Position numbers and translations under genes: made by a program. The notes below the pieces were generated by a model. The model made no database searches, was not told the DNA's origin, and worked only from the letters and a program-made list of their open reading frames with translations. From positions 28,996,299-29,060,298 of the forward strand of contig NC_134025.1 in assembly GCF_964204645.1 (NCBI RefSeq): a DNA stretch of 64,000 bases. The letters run 5' to 3'. This DNA is from Tubulanus polymorphus. Lineage: Eukaryota; Animalia; Nemertea. This document shows positions 26,738-42,263 of the stretch, one piece after another (positions within the stretch are counted from its first letter, which is position 1; each line of letters begins with the position of its first letter).

Positions 26738-29700
26738 CTTAATTTTGCAGCGAACGAATCACCAATACAACATTAATGATAAGTAGTGAAGTAATTATTT
26801 CTCAATAACATCACTGTTTAAACATCGTTTAGTTGTAACTCATAGATCCGTATGTGTATTTGACGTAACGGATTAACGCTATGAATCCAGGTTTCGCGCC
26901 GTTGCTATCAGCGCACTAGAACGCGCTACACGATAGAATGATATGCAGTTTCTGCATTAGCAGTCACTAACAGCGACCCCTATAATGAATTCGTAACATG
27001 TTGACGCTTCTCTTTCTTTCTCTCTCTCTCTCTCCAGCCATGTTTTATTACGTACGAATGCATTTACCTGGCGAAGATCTCACGAACATTAAGCTAAAGG
27101 CACCTCATTTCACCTGCATAATAACCGGAAAAGTTATGTTTATTTCTCTTCTGAAATAAAAACTACGTAAAGCCATACATTTCATGCTTGTTTACCGACT
27201 GACGAACTGCAAGATAATTCCAGAGTTTATCATTCTGATTTCCGCAATAAAAACTACTGTATCAGGTACAGCAGCAACCCGCATCACCCGGAATCATCTT
27301 TTACGACGCGGCTACAATGTTTTTAGTTAGCTGGACGTCGGGAAGCGAGGCAGTATAAACGACGGTTCGTCAGATTTCGGAGGGGAAGATAAAAAAGAAC
27401 AAGATGTAACAAAAAGATTTGAAGAGATTTGATCTACGCAGTCATCGTCAATGAGCTCGCATTGATGAGTTTACTGTCTATCAGTTCATTCATTTCATTC
27501 AACGCATGTTGTAGTACACTCGACCACCCTACTGTTAATTAAAGCATCAATTGTTCACTGATGTTTCATTCAAATGACAACATCCAAGATGATTAAATTC
27601 GTTGAACTCAACACAGAGATTCAGATACTATTTCACTTTTTTGTGCGTTCCATTCCCACATCGAATCAACCAAATGAAAATGTACTCTTTCAAGAAAATA
27701 TGGTTGGACTACGCGTAAAAATATATATCATGTAATTTTCTGTGATATTTTTATGTGCTCTTAGTATATTCTTGTAATCTCCCGCAATAGAAATGGAGCT
27801 GCGAAAAGTGTACTTTCTCATTACATTAAGTTACCCGTGCATTATACCTGGATTGTCTTTGCCACTATGCATGTTTAAATCTATATTCACTTCCAATCTA
27901 GATGAATATATAAGACCCATCAGGTCATGACCACAATCAATTCATTACAGCAAGGACGCAGAAACCCGGAGTAGATTCACTGGTCACAAAACAACGAACG
28001 CCTTTTTGGTGATTTGTTCTCTTCATTTTACTTGCTTGACTTTATTTCCGGCGTTGATGTTGGACTTTTGTGTGGAAGAGGAAATTAGTTTTTTTCTTGA
28101 AAGCTGATCCGGATTTCGGACTAAAATGTGGCAAAATGTCGCATCGTGTGTCGTATTCATGGATTATAGAGATGTATGTATCTTTCGGTGGATTAAACGC
28201 ATAGCGTTCAGGTTACACGTACGTTTACACGATACTTTAAGCAGAGCTAAACTTGAACGCGCGCTTAATAGAATGAAGAAAATCTATCCGAACTATATAA
28301 CTAAATCTTATCCGCGATAATATTCGCACTTGGTATAGAGCATTAAATGAACAATTTGTTTTGAAAAGACCGCGGTATCTTACGACAGCATCTCACAACA
28401 ATTTTATTCATACTTTTTGTAGCTCTCAAAAACACAATCAAATATAGCTGCAAAGCAGCGATAACGGGTTTTCTGGATGCATGTGATCGAAAGGAAAAAT
28501 TAATTACCGGGTATTCGATGGAAAAAATAAAATGAGATGATTTGGATATTATCGGAGCAATCCTCTTTTTGGTTGAATGGTCTAACCCCAATATAGTCCC
28601 CTGTGATTTGGAAATTCTCGGAGCCCTCCTTTATTTACTTACTAAATGACGTCACAAACTGTTATTTCGCCGGTGCTTGTTGTCTAACAATTCAATTCTT
28701 TATTTACAGTAACCTAATAAGTAATTTTAAGTTTCAAATAGGATGGAAAGTACATTCAGACTATCTGTTGGTTCAGAGAGACCGTTATTACAGTATCAAT
28801 TTATACATTTCGTTTCGAAGCTGTCAGTTGCCGAATCTGAATGAAGATGAATTTTATTTGACGAAATCGGCGGAAAATATATAATAATAGTAATCAACAG
28901 AATTTCAAGAGGGTTTTCGACGAAAGTCAGAAAACCCTAATAAACAGAAATTCATTTTATCTTCATGTTTACCATCTTTTTCGCGACGGCGGCCAAAAAT
29001 GTGTTAAAACAAACTGGAGATATATCTAGATATGATACGCGTCATTGATGTACGGTCGTCTCTTCGGTGTAGATTTAGTTCACGAAAATGTCGCTAGTCG
29101 CTCTCGAGCTTCGAAATAAGACACCGAATCACCCGGTACACAATTCAATGATACTATTTTTTATCAATACACATGTTTATTTTTACTTTTGACATCGACA
29201 GATAACAAAGTAAGCACACTTTAAAAACATGCATTTGAATGTTGTTATTTTTCAAAAACAAAAGATTTCCATTCAACCATTAAAAACCGTTTTGATAATA
29301 ATGCCCGTCGCACGCAAAAATATACAATCGCCACCAGTAACCACTATACATATTATTAGGGAAGATTCGTGACATGTAAGTCCATTTTCATCGTCACAAA
29401 TAATCCTCGATACGCGCATTATGAATCACTAATTTATTGATAATGCTTTCGTAAACGCGAAAAACATGGTTTTTTTTCTGTTTTAGTTTTGATCGCTTGT
29501 CATCTCTTCGATAATCAGTTATATGTCCCGCCAAAACAGCTCGACAATAAAGAGTTCTGCAAACGAACCACATTTTATCATTTATTTCATCGATTACTGC
29601 GGGATATAGAGCGCTCTTCGCTGTCGTAAACAGTTCACAGACATGTTTAATTTCGTTCCGTGCTGCAGCAGAGATTCGTCTTCTCCGTGTTGTCAATAAT

Positions 29701-30160
29701 TCCGAGTCTTCCTCGCTGAATAATTGCAGACCGTGCACAGAATCTATAAAAACCGATATGAATCGCTAATATCCGCTCAGATATACCAAATATCCTGTCG
29801 TAGTTTTTGCTATTTTGTTCGAGGACGCGCGGATTTTATTTCTGTCGTCTGAGTTAAGTCCCGACAACCGGATGTCATTCGTATACGACAGCAGTATCAT
29901 TCATTTGATCATTGTTCACTGCAGTTGCTATACTGACTGCTACTGCATAAATCTATAGCACCACTGACCCGCATTCTCTTCATTTTGCTCGCAGATTTTA
30001 ATGCGTGATTTTGTTTCATTTGGCCACAACAATTAATATTCAACGCTGTAAGATACTTATGATTTTGGACCGGAAGTGTCATTATAGTGAAATATGCAAA
30101 AGAGAGAAAACAATGAGATTAAATCAAAGATAGTTTGAATGACACCCGGCGCGCCATTAC

Positions 30161-30838
30161 TCATCCTAATTCATCTTCTTCACGAGCGTCTAAAGATTCG
30201 TCTTCGTACGGAGGATATTTAGTTATAGGGCGTTTCATCGGACAACAGGTTAACGGGTGGAAAGCCGCCTGGACCAATGCCGCAACTAGTTCTAACAGCA
30301 CAATGAATAAACGCACCGCTAAGATGGCAAACTCCAACACGAATTGTTCGTGTTTGTTGTCCGCTTTGTACGAAGGTTCGTAAGCTTCGTAGATTTGTAG
30401 CATCTTTATGATATTCAGTATGCAAGCCGCTAACGCAAAGAATCCGGCCACTAAACACGATGCCGTGCAAATAGTATACGTGATCTTATGCTGCTTGATC
30501 GCTGCGGCAAATGTAAAAATCCCGCCCACTAAACAGCAAGGTACGATCCAGAATGCGTGAAAAGGCCACAGCCAGATCTTCGAAGATGGGATATCCACGT
30601 ATTGCAGTAAATCGAAAGTGAGTATAATTACTCCGCACATTGTCTGCACAAGCGCTAGAATTACAGACCGTCTGCGATATAAAGCACGGGTTTCCCTGGA
30701 ATGATTCAATGCCGCATCCTCCGTCGTTTCAGGATCCATCGGAATAATCTCTCCTTGATTCCGCTCCATTTGTAACTCCGATTCACAGCTTATATACTTT
30801 TTTAGACTACCATTTTCTAATGCACCTTCGCCTTCCAT
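30161..30838 (-). CDS. Four-TM CD20/MS4A-like membrane protein (paralog A), single coding exon
   Basis: 225-aa ORF with four hydrophobic segments, RRRSVILALVQ..CG start of TM1, HAFW before TM2, CC after TM4 and an acidic tail. Splice acceptor (ttccag) 8 nt upstream of the ATG. Confidence 0.75.
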   Translation of the reverse strand: MEGEGALENGSLKKYISCESELQMERNQGEIIPMDPETTEDAALNHSRETRALYRRRSVILALVQTMCGVIILTFDLLQYVDIPSSKIWLWPFHAFWIVPCCLVGGIFTFAAAIKQHKITYTICTASCLVAGFFALAACILNIIKMLQIYEAYEPSYKADNKHEQFVLEFAILAVRLFIVLLELVAALVQAAFHPLTCCPMKRPITKYPPYEDESLDAREEDELG

Positions 30839-33800
30839 TTTCCTTTCTGGAATAGAAAATAAAATTCGTCATGTTCGTTCGTCCGATACCACTGCGGCCA
30901 CATTTACAACTACATTTCACAAGCACTAATCACATGTGACTGTAGTTCGAAGGACTAGCGCGTCTATACATTATTAATCAGTATCAAATTACGTTTGAAG
31001 GAACCATCGCTAACTAGATCCTTTTTATGTTTAAAAGGCAGCATTACCAGTGAGATATGCTGTTGAGATCTAAGCGAAAATCTGAAAAAAAAATACTACA
31101 TCGCTATAATCGTCGTGTAGTCGAGCAAAGTTTTATTACAGAAAATAAGGCACGTAATTAATTTTATGTTCAGCAGTTTCTGGAGCACCCCATAGAAATT
31201 CAACTGCGCCGTAGAAATTTTCCTATTTACCGATACCCGCTGATATAAGGGTTTTCAGTACTCGCTGTCATTGAAACCCGTGATGAATTGGCAATTCGTA
31301 ATTTTTCAGAGCCCGGTTTTTTTTCCTGCAAAACACTGAATTAAAAAGTGTATCTGTAGACTATTTGCACAACATTAAACATCGCTAACTCCTACTTATT
31401 ACAAGTTTCTAAGACGCTCTAAGAGCATCGGAATACTTGAGACTAAGTTGGAAGGAAGGAAAGGCAATAATCCCATCGAGGGAGAAAGCATCAGGAAGCT
31501 GTAACCAAGGTAACGACACACGCCATTAAGTGTATTGATGATATAGTGAAATATTTGACAGTATTCCCTAATTCTCGCTAATACTAGTGTAAAATATGAT
31601 TAGAAACGGATCTTACTTCGACCAATTTACTTCGACTTGTGTCCAGTATAAATCACATTGATGTTCTAAATCTTAAAGGCCACCAAGAGACGTTAACTGT
31701 CTCTTAAACGACAGATTACTCTACAACTGGCTAGGGAATGTAACATATGTAAGTAACATCCCTGAAGGCACATACAATTTGTTCTTCTCATGGTAGATTC
31801 CTGTATATTGTCACTGGTGGATCCTGGCCTCTGGACACCTCCCCCCTCCACCGAACCGAAATAAGGTTGTTACGAAACTCAAAATCATTCAATAATGGAG
31901 GGCCAGCATAATCCTGTAACTTGGTAGATCGTGGTAGAACAGAAATAGATCGTGCCAAAAACGAATTATGTAAATATCACTAAATCCCATTACAACGACA
32001 ACAATTCCTTGTGTATCAATTGCAGTTAGTCGTATAGATTATGCTCGGAGTCATTGTTAGTTTACGTATATGCAAGGTAAGGACAAGAGAGTCCGAAATG
32101 GCTACGGCTTCCTTCGCCCAATTCGCACGTGTCATTTTCATATTCGTATAGTTATCAATTGAGCTTGTAATAATTGCAAACCTGCGTAAAATATTCTTAG
32201 CACAATTCACTGCGTTGGATGCTAATTGAGTTTAGGTTCTGATGAAATTCTCTCTCCCTCTCGCGAAGTCTTACTGATCGCCGCTATACGCGTTCTCGTT
32301 CGCCAGTAAATTAAATGAACATTTGCCTTCACTTGATCTCAATCTTCCCGCCCATGAAATTGGAAATGTTCAAATTGAAATCTAACACACAAATTATTCT
32401 CGAGTGGAAACTTAATCATCGATTCAACACGCGTGTAGATTAACAGATACAAGAGAAGCGTTGAAACAGGACACTGAAACTGCTGATGCGACGGTGATAG
32501 GTTCGGTTCCATTTAAACAACTACTTATCTCTCGCAATACTTTGTAAGGTTTGCATGCACCTAGCGGAACCATCTTGTTCGGAATATCGTACGTAAAATA
32601 ATGGCCCCTAAATCTTCGTTTTCGTCTATTAGCTTTGTAATTATTTCCTCATCGATTGCTGCAGAATGTAATTTTGTTATTTTTCTTCGCGTAACGAAGG
32701 GTTTCGACCGATATATGTCAGCCGACCATTCGATCAATATCTAGACACAACTGTTTCCAAGGAAACTCGAGTTAAATTGATATACGACTTTGATTAGAAT
32801 CAATTAATTGGGGATTTGTTCAACATTTTGAATGATTCACCGACAAATCAGTCGGCATCGTTTCCCTCCTTTTAACTCTATTAACCATATACAGCTATTT
32901 GGAAAATTCTATTATGACATAACAATTTCTCAATATCATTTCGTTTGGTTCAATAATGAATCAGCTCTAACAGTCTTATACATATTCAATATTCCTGCTA
33001 TATTTGATTTAATGCATGGTCCTAATTAATTCAAGCTCTAAAATAATTGATCATTTAATGTTAGTATCGAACAGACGATGTCTTTTATCACGCAATATTC
33101 TGCTTAAATCTGCGCGGTAATCAATGCCAATGTGGTTTGATGTCTGTGGATACTGAATGCTATAAGACTGGAACGTAATCTGTCCTCGAAATTGAGAAAT
33201 CGAGATGAAATCATTTGAAATGAGACGTGACTTTGAGCCAAATTTATGTCGCAGTACAAAACGCCATGCGAGCAGCCACAACATTCATCGATTCCACGCT
33301 TAACTGAACTGATGAATGAAATCAATGAAAGGCAATTTTTTGAAATTGACATGAAATCCGGATTGATTAGCCATCTGCACCCCGAGGAAAACAATTAAAC
33401 CAATACGAGTCGAATCGTGATGGAGCTAAAATACATTCTTACCTTATCTAGATGACATTTCACGCGCAGCTTTTCCACCAAGATGAGCGAATAATCCGCC
33501 TGGTTTGTGACAGCGAACTGTTGGTATCTAAGCACACAAGACGTGTATCCAAGCACACACAGCATCAACATCACACTAGTCAATTATCAGACCATTTTTA
33601 CAGCAGTTAGGCAAAGTTCACCATCCTCTCCCTATCTCTCTGACTGTTCAAAATCCATACGGCAGAATTATTTAATGCACTTGGATCAACAAAGTTATTC
33701 GTGCAATGAAATCCAAATAGAATACTTCGCTCACTGTTCTATCATTCGAAGATTAATAATGTTTGCCGTATTAAATTTCGCGTATATCATTTTTAAGCGT

Positions 33801-36800
33801 CTATCATCTTTTTATTGAATTAACACTTTAAAGCGCCCATACGTCGCGACGATGAAGCATTCCGATCTTCCATCCGAGCTACAAAACTCCTCTATTCCTC
33901 AAACAAGAATAAGATAAGATATAACTAAGTGATCCAAACACTTAGTTATCACTGTTATATAGACGAAATAGAATCATTCAGATATTTTGTTTGCGTGATG
34001 CGCACTCAAATAGCGGGTAGAAAACCTGTTTCCAATTTTAACGAAATTCTCACATATTTTTCATTATCTCATCAGCTTGTTCTCATTCTCAAAGAATGAA
34101 TGTAAAGTATTCGCGTTGAATACCAAGAGATAAGCAGTTTTAGTAAGTGTTTATTCGATGGTGAAGTTTTTTTCAGATTCTTTCAAGAAACTTACGTACT
34201 GAAGTTATTTTTCATCCGTTCTCAGATTCACACGCTTTGGTAGCTCTTGTTGTTGTGTATTCGCTTGAAGCGACGTTAGTGAAGAATGTCTCAATATCCT
34301 GGTCAGTAAAGGCATTTTTTCAAGTCTTTATCGTAAAGCGCGGCGAATATTAAAAGACAATCGCTTCGTGACCATCGCAAGCATAGATTAATATCATTCT
34401 GTCTTCATCTACTGCCATCAATCATGTTTCATGTCAGACATAATTCAATCTACGCAATACAGCTTTATATATCGTTACATCACATCTAAAATTTGGAGAC
34501 GTGCTGAGCGTAGCTAGTTGCAAATGAATTGCCAAATAGAAATCAATCGCATTATCTGTAGGGGGTAATATTCCAATGATTACCTGCGTGGGATCATGGA
34601 TTTATAATCTATTTGGGAAAAAAATAATCGCCAAATATCGGAGTATCTAATCGCATCCTAGTCCAAGATAGACAATAATGATGTATCGATGATACCTGGT
34701 TATCAAAGGTTGGCGAGTATTTTTAAGGTTAGATTCAAGTTTCACTTGCTTTTCACTCAGCCGCACCTATTGGTGTGCGAAACATGGAAATTTAACCCAC
34801 CCACATCTATGGAAACAAGGCTAAACCATCGCAAAAACAACAGGTATTGTTTCTCGGCCGAAACACGGCGTGTCATTAATGTATCATGTCCTGATATTTG
34901 ATATTACAAATGACGTTGAAATGTCAAATGCCATCCTTAGTCGGAAATCGAAGCTCGGTATATCATATCGTAGTATGACAAACATAACAATACCCATAAA
35001 TTATTGAAAATATGAAATATGCTAAACATTGTCTGTTATAGATCATGATATGTGGGTGATATAGCTGCAACAGGGATTAGTGTTAGCCAGCTGAGCAGTC
35101 GCATTACTGCGGAAATCTCGTGCGCGATGACCGGATATTCTGTTACTGATGCTGATTAATCTTCATAATCCCGAGGCAGGCAGTCTAATCCGAAGATTTA
35201 TTTCATTAATCCCCTGGCCGTACGTAATCCGCTGCAAATCCAAAACTGAAGGAGCGACGAATTCGGAAAATAATGCCGAAGGTTCTTTTTTAGAGTTTAC
35301 TGTTGCAGGAAATTTTGAAAGACAGTTTTTTAATTAAGTTCGAAGACGCTTCGATCGTTCGTGGATTGTTCGTGTTTTTTTCTTTAGTTGTCGAGAGAAA
35401 AATGTAGTGATTGAAGATTTTGTTCGAAGATGGCAACATCGTCTGACGCTCAGAGTAACGATTGTTTGACAAGTGCTGTACAGTGACGGTTTTAGAGTAC
35501 GTGCGACACGCTTGATTGATGGCAAATCTATCGTTCAATTATTACTTACAAAAAAAAACAAAATAGATTTGCTTTGTGCTTTGAGCGTATAATACGAATT
35601 TGACTCCCAGACGTGCTATGGTATAGCTGCTCGGAAAATGTTGCCATTTGACATTTACCCGCTTTCTGACGTCAATTTCCTTTCACTCACGGCTTTTTCT
35701 ACCTAGTTTCCGTGATGGCTTTTGGTGCCTATTTTGCTAAATTGGCTCCAATAATTGATTCGCATGACTACAGGATGTCAGCTGGTTCACAAAGTGAGCC
35801 CTGGAAGAAATTGTTTCTCTTAAAAACCGACCCCGGTTCCCGCTATGTGACAGCGCTGACTTTCCTTCAGAGTTGACGGACAGCGAGACATAAAATGAAG
35901 AAAGATATCACAAAATGGCCGATGCCCTTATTAGGCGAGGAGATTTTGAAATTTATATCGCATCTAGAGATATAAGCTATGCATACGTGATGAGTTCAAT
36001 CTATGTTTCAATCACTAAAAGTATAAACGAGAATAATTATTTATTAATATTTCAAATGTCATTAATTTCTGTTTAACAATTTGTGGAATGTTAGCATTTT
36101 TCTTTGTCCACGAAGCTGCGCCCAAAACAGTCTGATCTTGGAGTAGTCAAATGATTACTCCAAGGTATGATCGACATGGTCGTAAACTGAAGGTTAAAAA
36201 TCTGCTACAGCTACGTTTTCCGCGCCGGTGTAAGTCGATTGTGTCAGCTTCTTCGACGGTACGTCACTTTTTTGCGTATGGGATTAAAAAGTGAAATTAA
36301 TCAACAGGTTTACAGCCGCGAAGCAGACGCACTCGTTGTCGTTAGCAACCAGCATTTTTGTCTTCAAAGAAGATTTTCTAGTATATGTTATTAGATACGC
36401 GTGGCTGCTGTCATCGAACAACGACATGATATATAAAGCTGAACTTTCCGTAACTTCCTAAATGACTACTATTTGTTGATGCCCTCGAGTTTTCCGAATA
36501 TAGCATCAAATTCTGGAGTCGTTACGTCAAGTCGCGAATCTATCGAACCGATTCAGTTATCGGTCTGTATCAGTCCCGTCAATTTGTCTCAAACGGTCCG
36601 GGGAACGTGCTTTGGGAGATTGTATAACTCGCAGCGCGCCCCGACTGGTTACGAGAACGTGACATTTTTCCAGACAGGCGGCGTGTGGCTTGATCGGCAA
36701 ATACACTCGTCACACAGTCCGTGAATGATAAAATGAAAGTTTTTTAACGATAAAAACTAAGTCGTGCTAGAATCTAATTTATTTGCATAGACTGAATACC

Positions 36801-37801
36801 TTCAGGAGTCGTATAGGGGCAACATTCGATTCCTAATGTTGATTACTGCAGTCGATTTTCCTGAATCGCTAATAAAAAAAAACCATTCATTATCCGTGAC
36901 AGTGTTGGAAGGCGGCAATTTGGTGGAGTCACTCGGCATCCAGCTAAAGACATGTTTACCATTTCAGTTACAGGGGCGACCTGGTGACGGGATTCCTCAT
37001 CTAGTCTGTTTGGATTGTGCTGGATCGCAATCATATAGATGACAATCGCATGTATTCAGTTACAATTGACGGTAGGAAAGGCAGAACTGATGAATTATTT
37101 GCGCGCGATCCAATGATAGATAACCCGTAATGCAGCGTGACAAACAACGATCTTACAAATCAAATCATTATTTATTGTATGTAACATTCTGAACACAATG
37201 AGTACCAAAATATCGATGCAGAACGTTTTTAGCAGTTTTACGGATTCCATCTATGTTTGATACATAATCATCATCATTTACTATATGCAGCATTCTAAAG
37301 CTTAAACCGTGAAATCGATGTAAAATAACCATTCGCACATAATAATATATTTCTTGTATCATATAATGTAATTATGCTCTACGAAAATGTAAGATCATAT
37401 CGCCCACAACGGGGGTCTATTCTTTCGATGAAAAAATACAGAGACAGAAAAGAAACGAAAGAATATTGCAACTATGCTTAATACAAAATGTGGACAACGT
37501 AATTCATAAACTATATATTTATTATTCAAAATGATGCAATAAAATATGAAAAGCGCAAAGCCCAAAACAACCATTAAACAGCTGGAATCACATATTGTAT
37601 GATCGAAAATCGAATATTCATTTTTGTATTACAAAGCATGCATTTATCAAATAACAACACACAATACTAGTATATAATATTGCACATATTCTTGCTTGTA
37701 TCCCTGCGCTCTGTTTACAAAGCGAAAGGCAAAAAAAGAGACGATTGTACAACAACATTGGCTTGAATTGAATTTATTAATTTGTCTAAATATGCTAATT
37801 A

Positions 37802-38464
37802 TCACATGTACGTCATTGTTGGTTCGTGGTGATTGGACGCTGCTAGGTAACCGTCTTTTGTGCGTCGCGTCTTCTTGCGTCGTCGCCGTCTTTTGAGCAC
37901 CGAACAACAGACCATCCGACAACAAAACGACGCCTCGAATAGAGACGACGTCGTATGAAGCAAGGTAACAAACAGTCGCGAAGTCAGGAGGATTATGTCG
38001 GTTAAATGTTGATCGTTAAATTTGTGCAAATGTGGCAGCGATAAAGCCGGTTCTCCCGAGTAAAACCATCTAATAGCGTTCAGCAGGTGATAGATAACAA
38101 ATATGGCTGAAGTTTGCCCGGCTAGTGCTGCCAGGGTGCACGCTATCATACAGGTCACGCACGTACACACCTGTTGACGAGATCCCGCGAGAACTGATAA
38201 GGTAGCGGACGCAAAGCAGATCACCGAAAGCCAAAAGGCGTGGTAATACCAGAACCTCATTTCAACATCGGCGTGTTGTATCGAGTCTATGACGATAACA
38301 GCGATACCGCAGAATACCTGAATAAATCCTAAAATAAGACTGCGTTTACGGAACCGATTACTTGACTCATATTCGCTATAATCACTGTTCGATTCCGTTT
38401 CGCCCGTGTCAGGTTCAATGTCCGAAAATCGGTACTTATCTGTATCAGTCATCACCATTTCCAT
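37802..38464 (-). CDS. Four-TM CD20/MS4A-like membrane protein (paralog B), single coding exon
   Basis: 220-aa ORF visibly homologous to paralog A (RKRSLILGFIQVFCG, YHAFW, RLFVTLL, FCC..CC), with a basic KRRRRRKK tail. Acceptor (ttttgtag) 7 nt upstream of the ATG. Confidence 0.75.
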   Translation of the reverse strand: MEMVMTDTDKYRFSDIEPDTGETESNSDYSEYESSNRFRKRSLILGFIQVFCGIAVIVIDSIQHADVEMRFWYYHAFWLSVICFASATLSVLAGSRQQVCTCVTCMIACTLAALAGQTSAIFVIYHLLNAIRWFYSGEPALSLPHLHKFNDQHLTDIILLTSRLFVTLLHTTSSLFEASFCCRMVCCSVLKRRRRRKKTRRTKDGYLAASNHHEPTMTYM

Positions 38465-39050
38465 CGTTTACCTACAAAATACGAATATGAAACTCTATTA
38501 TATAACGGCGTGCAGGGAACAAAGCAAAATCGTTATAACATATCGTTTGAATCTTCTAACAACTTCAAAGCGCCGAATATTAAGTCTGTGATTAATATCA
38601 TACTGCTTCCTTCAATATTGTAATGGTGTCCAACGGCAAGCGAAATAACACCGTCAGAAAACAAGCAGCGACATTTTCACCCTGGATGAAACTAAAACGC
38701 ACCTCAGGGCGACGCATTAGACAGGAAATTTAGCTATTTCTATATATCTATATATGTATGTTCATCTGCAAAGCAGATTAATATGAATACATGCGAGAAA
38801 AAATAATATTCAGATTATCTCGAATAGAGCGAGATAAGCGATACAATATATACCTCATAGTCATACATGTATCTGTCTTATATTTTTGCCGGATAAAGGA
38901 CCGAGTACATTGATCTGTAAGGATATTACCGCCGAAAGTCTTAGTTAAATGAGATAACAAGACAGATCGGGTTAACACTAATAAATGATAAATGATGGAC
39001 TTGTCGTGATAGAATTGTAAGTCGAAGCTACGAAACATGAAGATGCTTAC

Positions 39051-39300
<250 letters not shown>

Positions 39301-42263
39301 GCCATATTGGCCGTCAAAAGCATAAGTGGTTGATTAAACGAAAATACAGTTAACTAACTGTCAATTGACGTCCAATATGACGAGCTGTGGTGTGACGTAG
39401 GTTAAACGTGTTTACAGCGTCTTATACACTGACTTAATAAAAACAGGCAGAATCTAATCAGGCAAAATTACATAAACCACAATCCTTTTATTGTCATATA
39501 TAATATTAGCGGCGTTAATGTTTTATATGTATCTATTCAGATCACGCAGATCTCGAGTCGACCTCGCGAGTACATTCAACCACCATGTTTAATCCGTCCA
39601 CAAATCTACTGATTTGGACAATTTGTTGCCGGTTAATGACAAGCTAGACACCGTCTGTCAATTACGATAATCACAACGCAAAGGTTGATGGTGGAAATCC
39701 GACGCCCTTCTCTCATATTCGCTACTTTGTTTTCGCTTCATCTGATGTCCATTTTGATACCGCGTTCACGTTCGTTTTGTTATTGGTCGACATCGGTCGT
39801 GATAACCAATTTCCTTCGCAAATCATCGTGATATTGACCGCTACATTTCCAATAATATTTTTGCACCTAGTCTGTCTCTTCATAAGCAAGTATTTCTGTA
39901 TAAAGGCGCTGTCATTCCGGCGACAACATTAACGGATTTACCTTCCTAACTGCAACAAAAAATCTCGATCTTTCGTGCGAACCGGTGGACAATCACTCTA
40001 CGGGGAATGTTTTCATCTATCAATATCTCATGGCAAAGACAGCGAGCACTCGAAAGATATCAATCTAAAAAATTCTTTCCGCAACTCGCAATCCTCTCGA
40101 ACTTGATATTCTGCAGGAAATCAAAATGTTTTTTTTCAAAAATGAAACCCTGAACATGTCGTCGCTGAATAACTGACGAATTCTGTTTCATTCGCGGTAA
40201 TGTGAGAAGTCAAACCAATTCGCCATTAACATTAACGCACGATCAATTCGATCGTAAAAGATCTGAAAGAGTCGTTCGGATGAAATTCATTTGAACAAAA
40301 ATATTTTCTCTTTAAAACGCATTAAAAATCTACGTAAAACTTTTCAAATTGCACACAAGCCGCTCATAAGAATTCACGTGTGTAATTATCAGTAATTAAC
40401 TGTGTGCAGAAATCTCTGTCTCAGACGTGCTGTGAATACTCGGGCGACAGGAGCTGCAGATCTTTTTGACAAACTGATTACAGCTCTCTGTTCAACGAAC
40501 TAGTAAGTCTGGGGTTAACATTTCTTAGAAAGAGACCTCCGGTTTGGCTAAGGCCTGATATGATACTTTATAGATTGAAGGCAAGTTCTTCATCTTCGGC
40601 GATTGATACAGTTACTGAGAGTATGCTGATCAGTAATAAAATCGATACAGTGTAAATCCGTGATTTACCAGTACTTGGCTGCCAATTGTACCCAAGGTCA
40701 CGGAGCCGTCGGCATTAGAATGAACAGTTGCTAATGATACGAATGATTACCGCAATTGGTTACATGGTCGGCTGATGTTGATCACCTATTCTCTTTCTGG
40801 ATGACGCCGTTTCAAATAATACAGACAGATGCCTGCGCTCTGTATTTCATCATGATAAATGAGCAATATGGGTATGCGTCAGAAAAGTGCCCGAAATTGA
40901 GATGAATGGTGGTCCGAACAAAGTCACTAATTTCCAAATATCCGAACGAAAATATCAGTCGAATTGACCACGCCCTAATGATTGATATATGTTTATAATA
41001 GTCATCGCAATATTGATCTATTACGTTCGTGGCGAGATATATCAAAATATCCAGGGAAGCGTGAATTATAGGTGCATTGAAGATTAGATAAAATATCTAA
41101 TGGAAAGTTCTACGAGGGGAACACCTGGTTATGTCGTATAATTGTCGGTTACTTGCAGCCATCGTCGATTAGTAATGAATTCATTCATAATGAATAAACC
41201 ACGTTTCTTTTAAAGAAATATTCCTAACCGCTTTATCGAGGAGCATTTGAGTATATTCCGGCAACTATTCTGTATGCATCAATTGCTGTATTTTTGGTTC
41301 AATTTCACTGACGAAAAGACTAGGCGAACTTGTGGTTTGTATGAAACGAACATGACATAAACCGAGTAATATGTCACGTATAGAAAGAGAGAGAGGTAAG
41401 TTACGTGATTAACACTGCCATAGAATGCTACGTATCCATCCATTTACCTAATTGCTTGCTGTTAAATCGGTTTGGTGACATCGTAGTTCACTTATCACGA
41501 GTATGAAGTCCGGTTAATCGCAGTATATCGTATTCACCAGAAAGCACTTATGTTAAAACGTCTTTGTGCATCGCGGTCGTAATTTAAAAGCAAATGTTGA
41601 TACTAGAACTAACCACCGAGCAGGTATAACTAACTAATCTCAAAATGACTACCGTTGTACGATAAGGTCTGATATACGTCGACTGTCAGAGAGGCAACGC
41701 CGCACCCCTTGCAGTTATTCGGCTTCTGTCTGAAAATTCTGACGTGTCGAAAGATGATGCACTGGAATGATGTAAGATGAAGTAATGGAATGGATAGTCA
41801 AATAGAAGAAGTGAATATAAGCCTTTTTCTAAATCGACGGTCTCGCCCTGTATAATTGTCAGAACCCAGACGAGACGTTCGAGAGAACATTTCCAGACGC
41901 GCTAATTACCGTAACATCACGGTTTACATACTTAATTAAAGAGCACATATGCCGAGAAAGGATTAATTTGCGCTCGCAATAAGAATTCTCCGATAACCAA
42001 TTTCCACATAATTCAGATAAGTATATTTCTCAACATTGGAGCTAATAATGATTGAAGAGACTCGGTTCTCGCGGCCGACAGCTTGACAGTTGAGATGACT
42101 GGAAAGGTTTATGTCACCACCGACAGAAATCCGGTAAAATAACACTCTTTGTACTGTATAGAGTTATGTTCTTATTGCCCACATCTTTTAACACATAGAG
42201 GGTTCATATACATTACTTATAAAATATCACGATTGATAGAACACTATATCCGTGTTGACGCGA

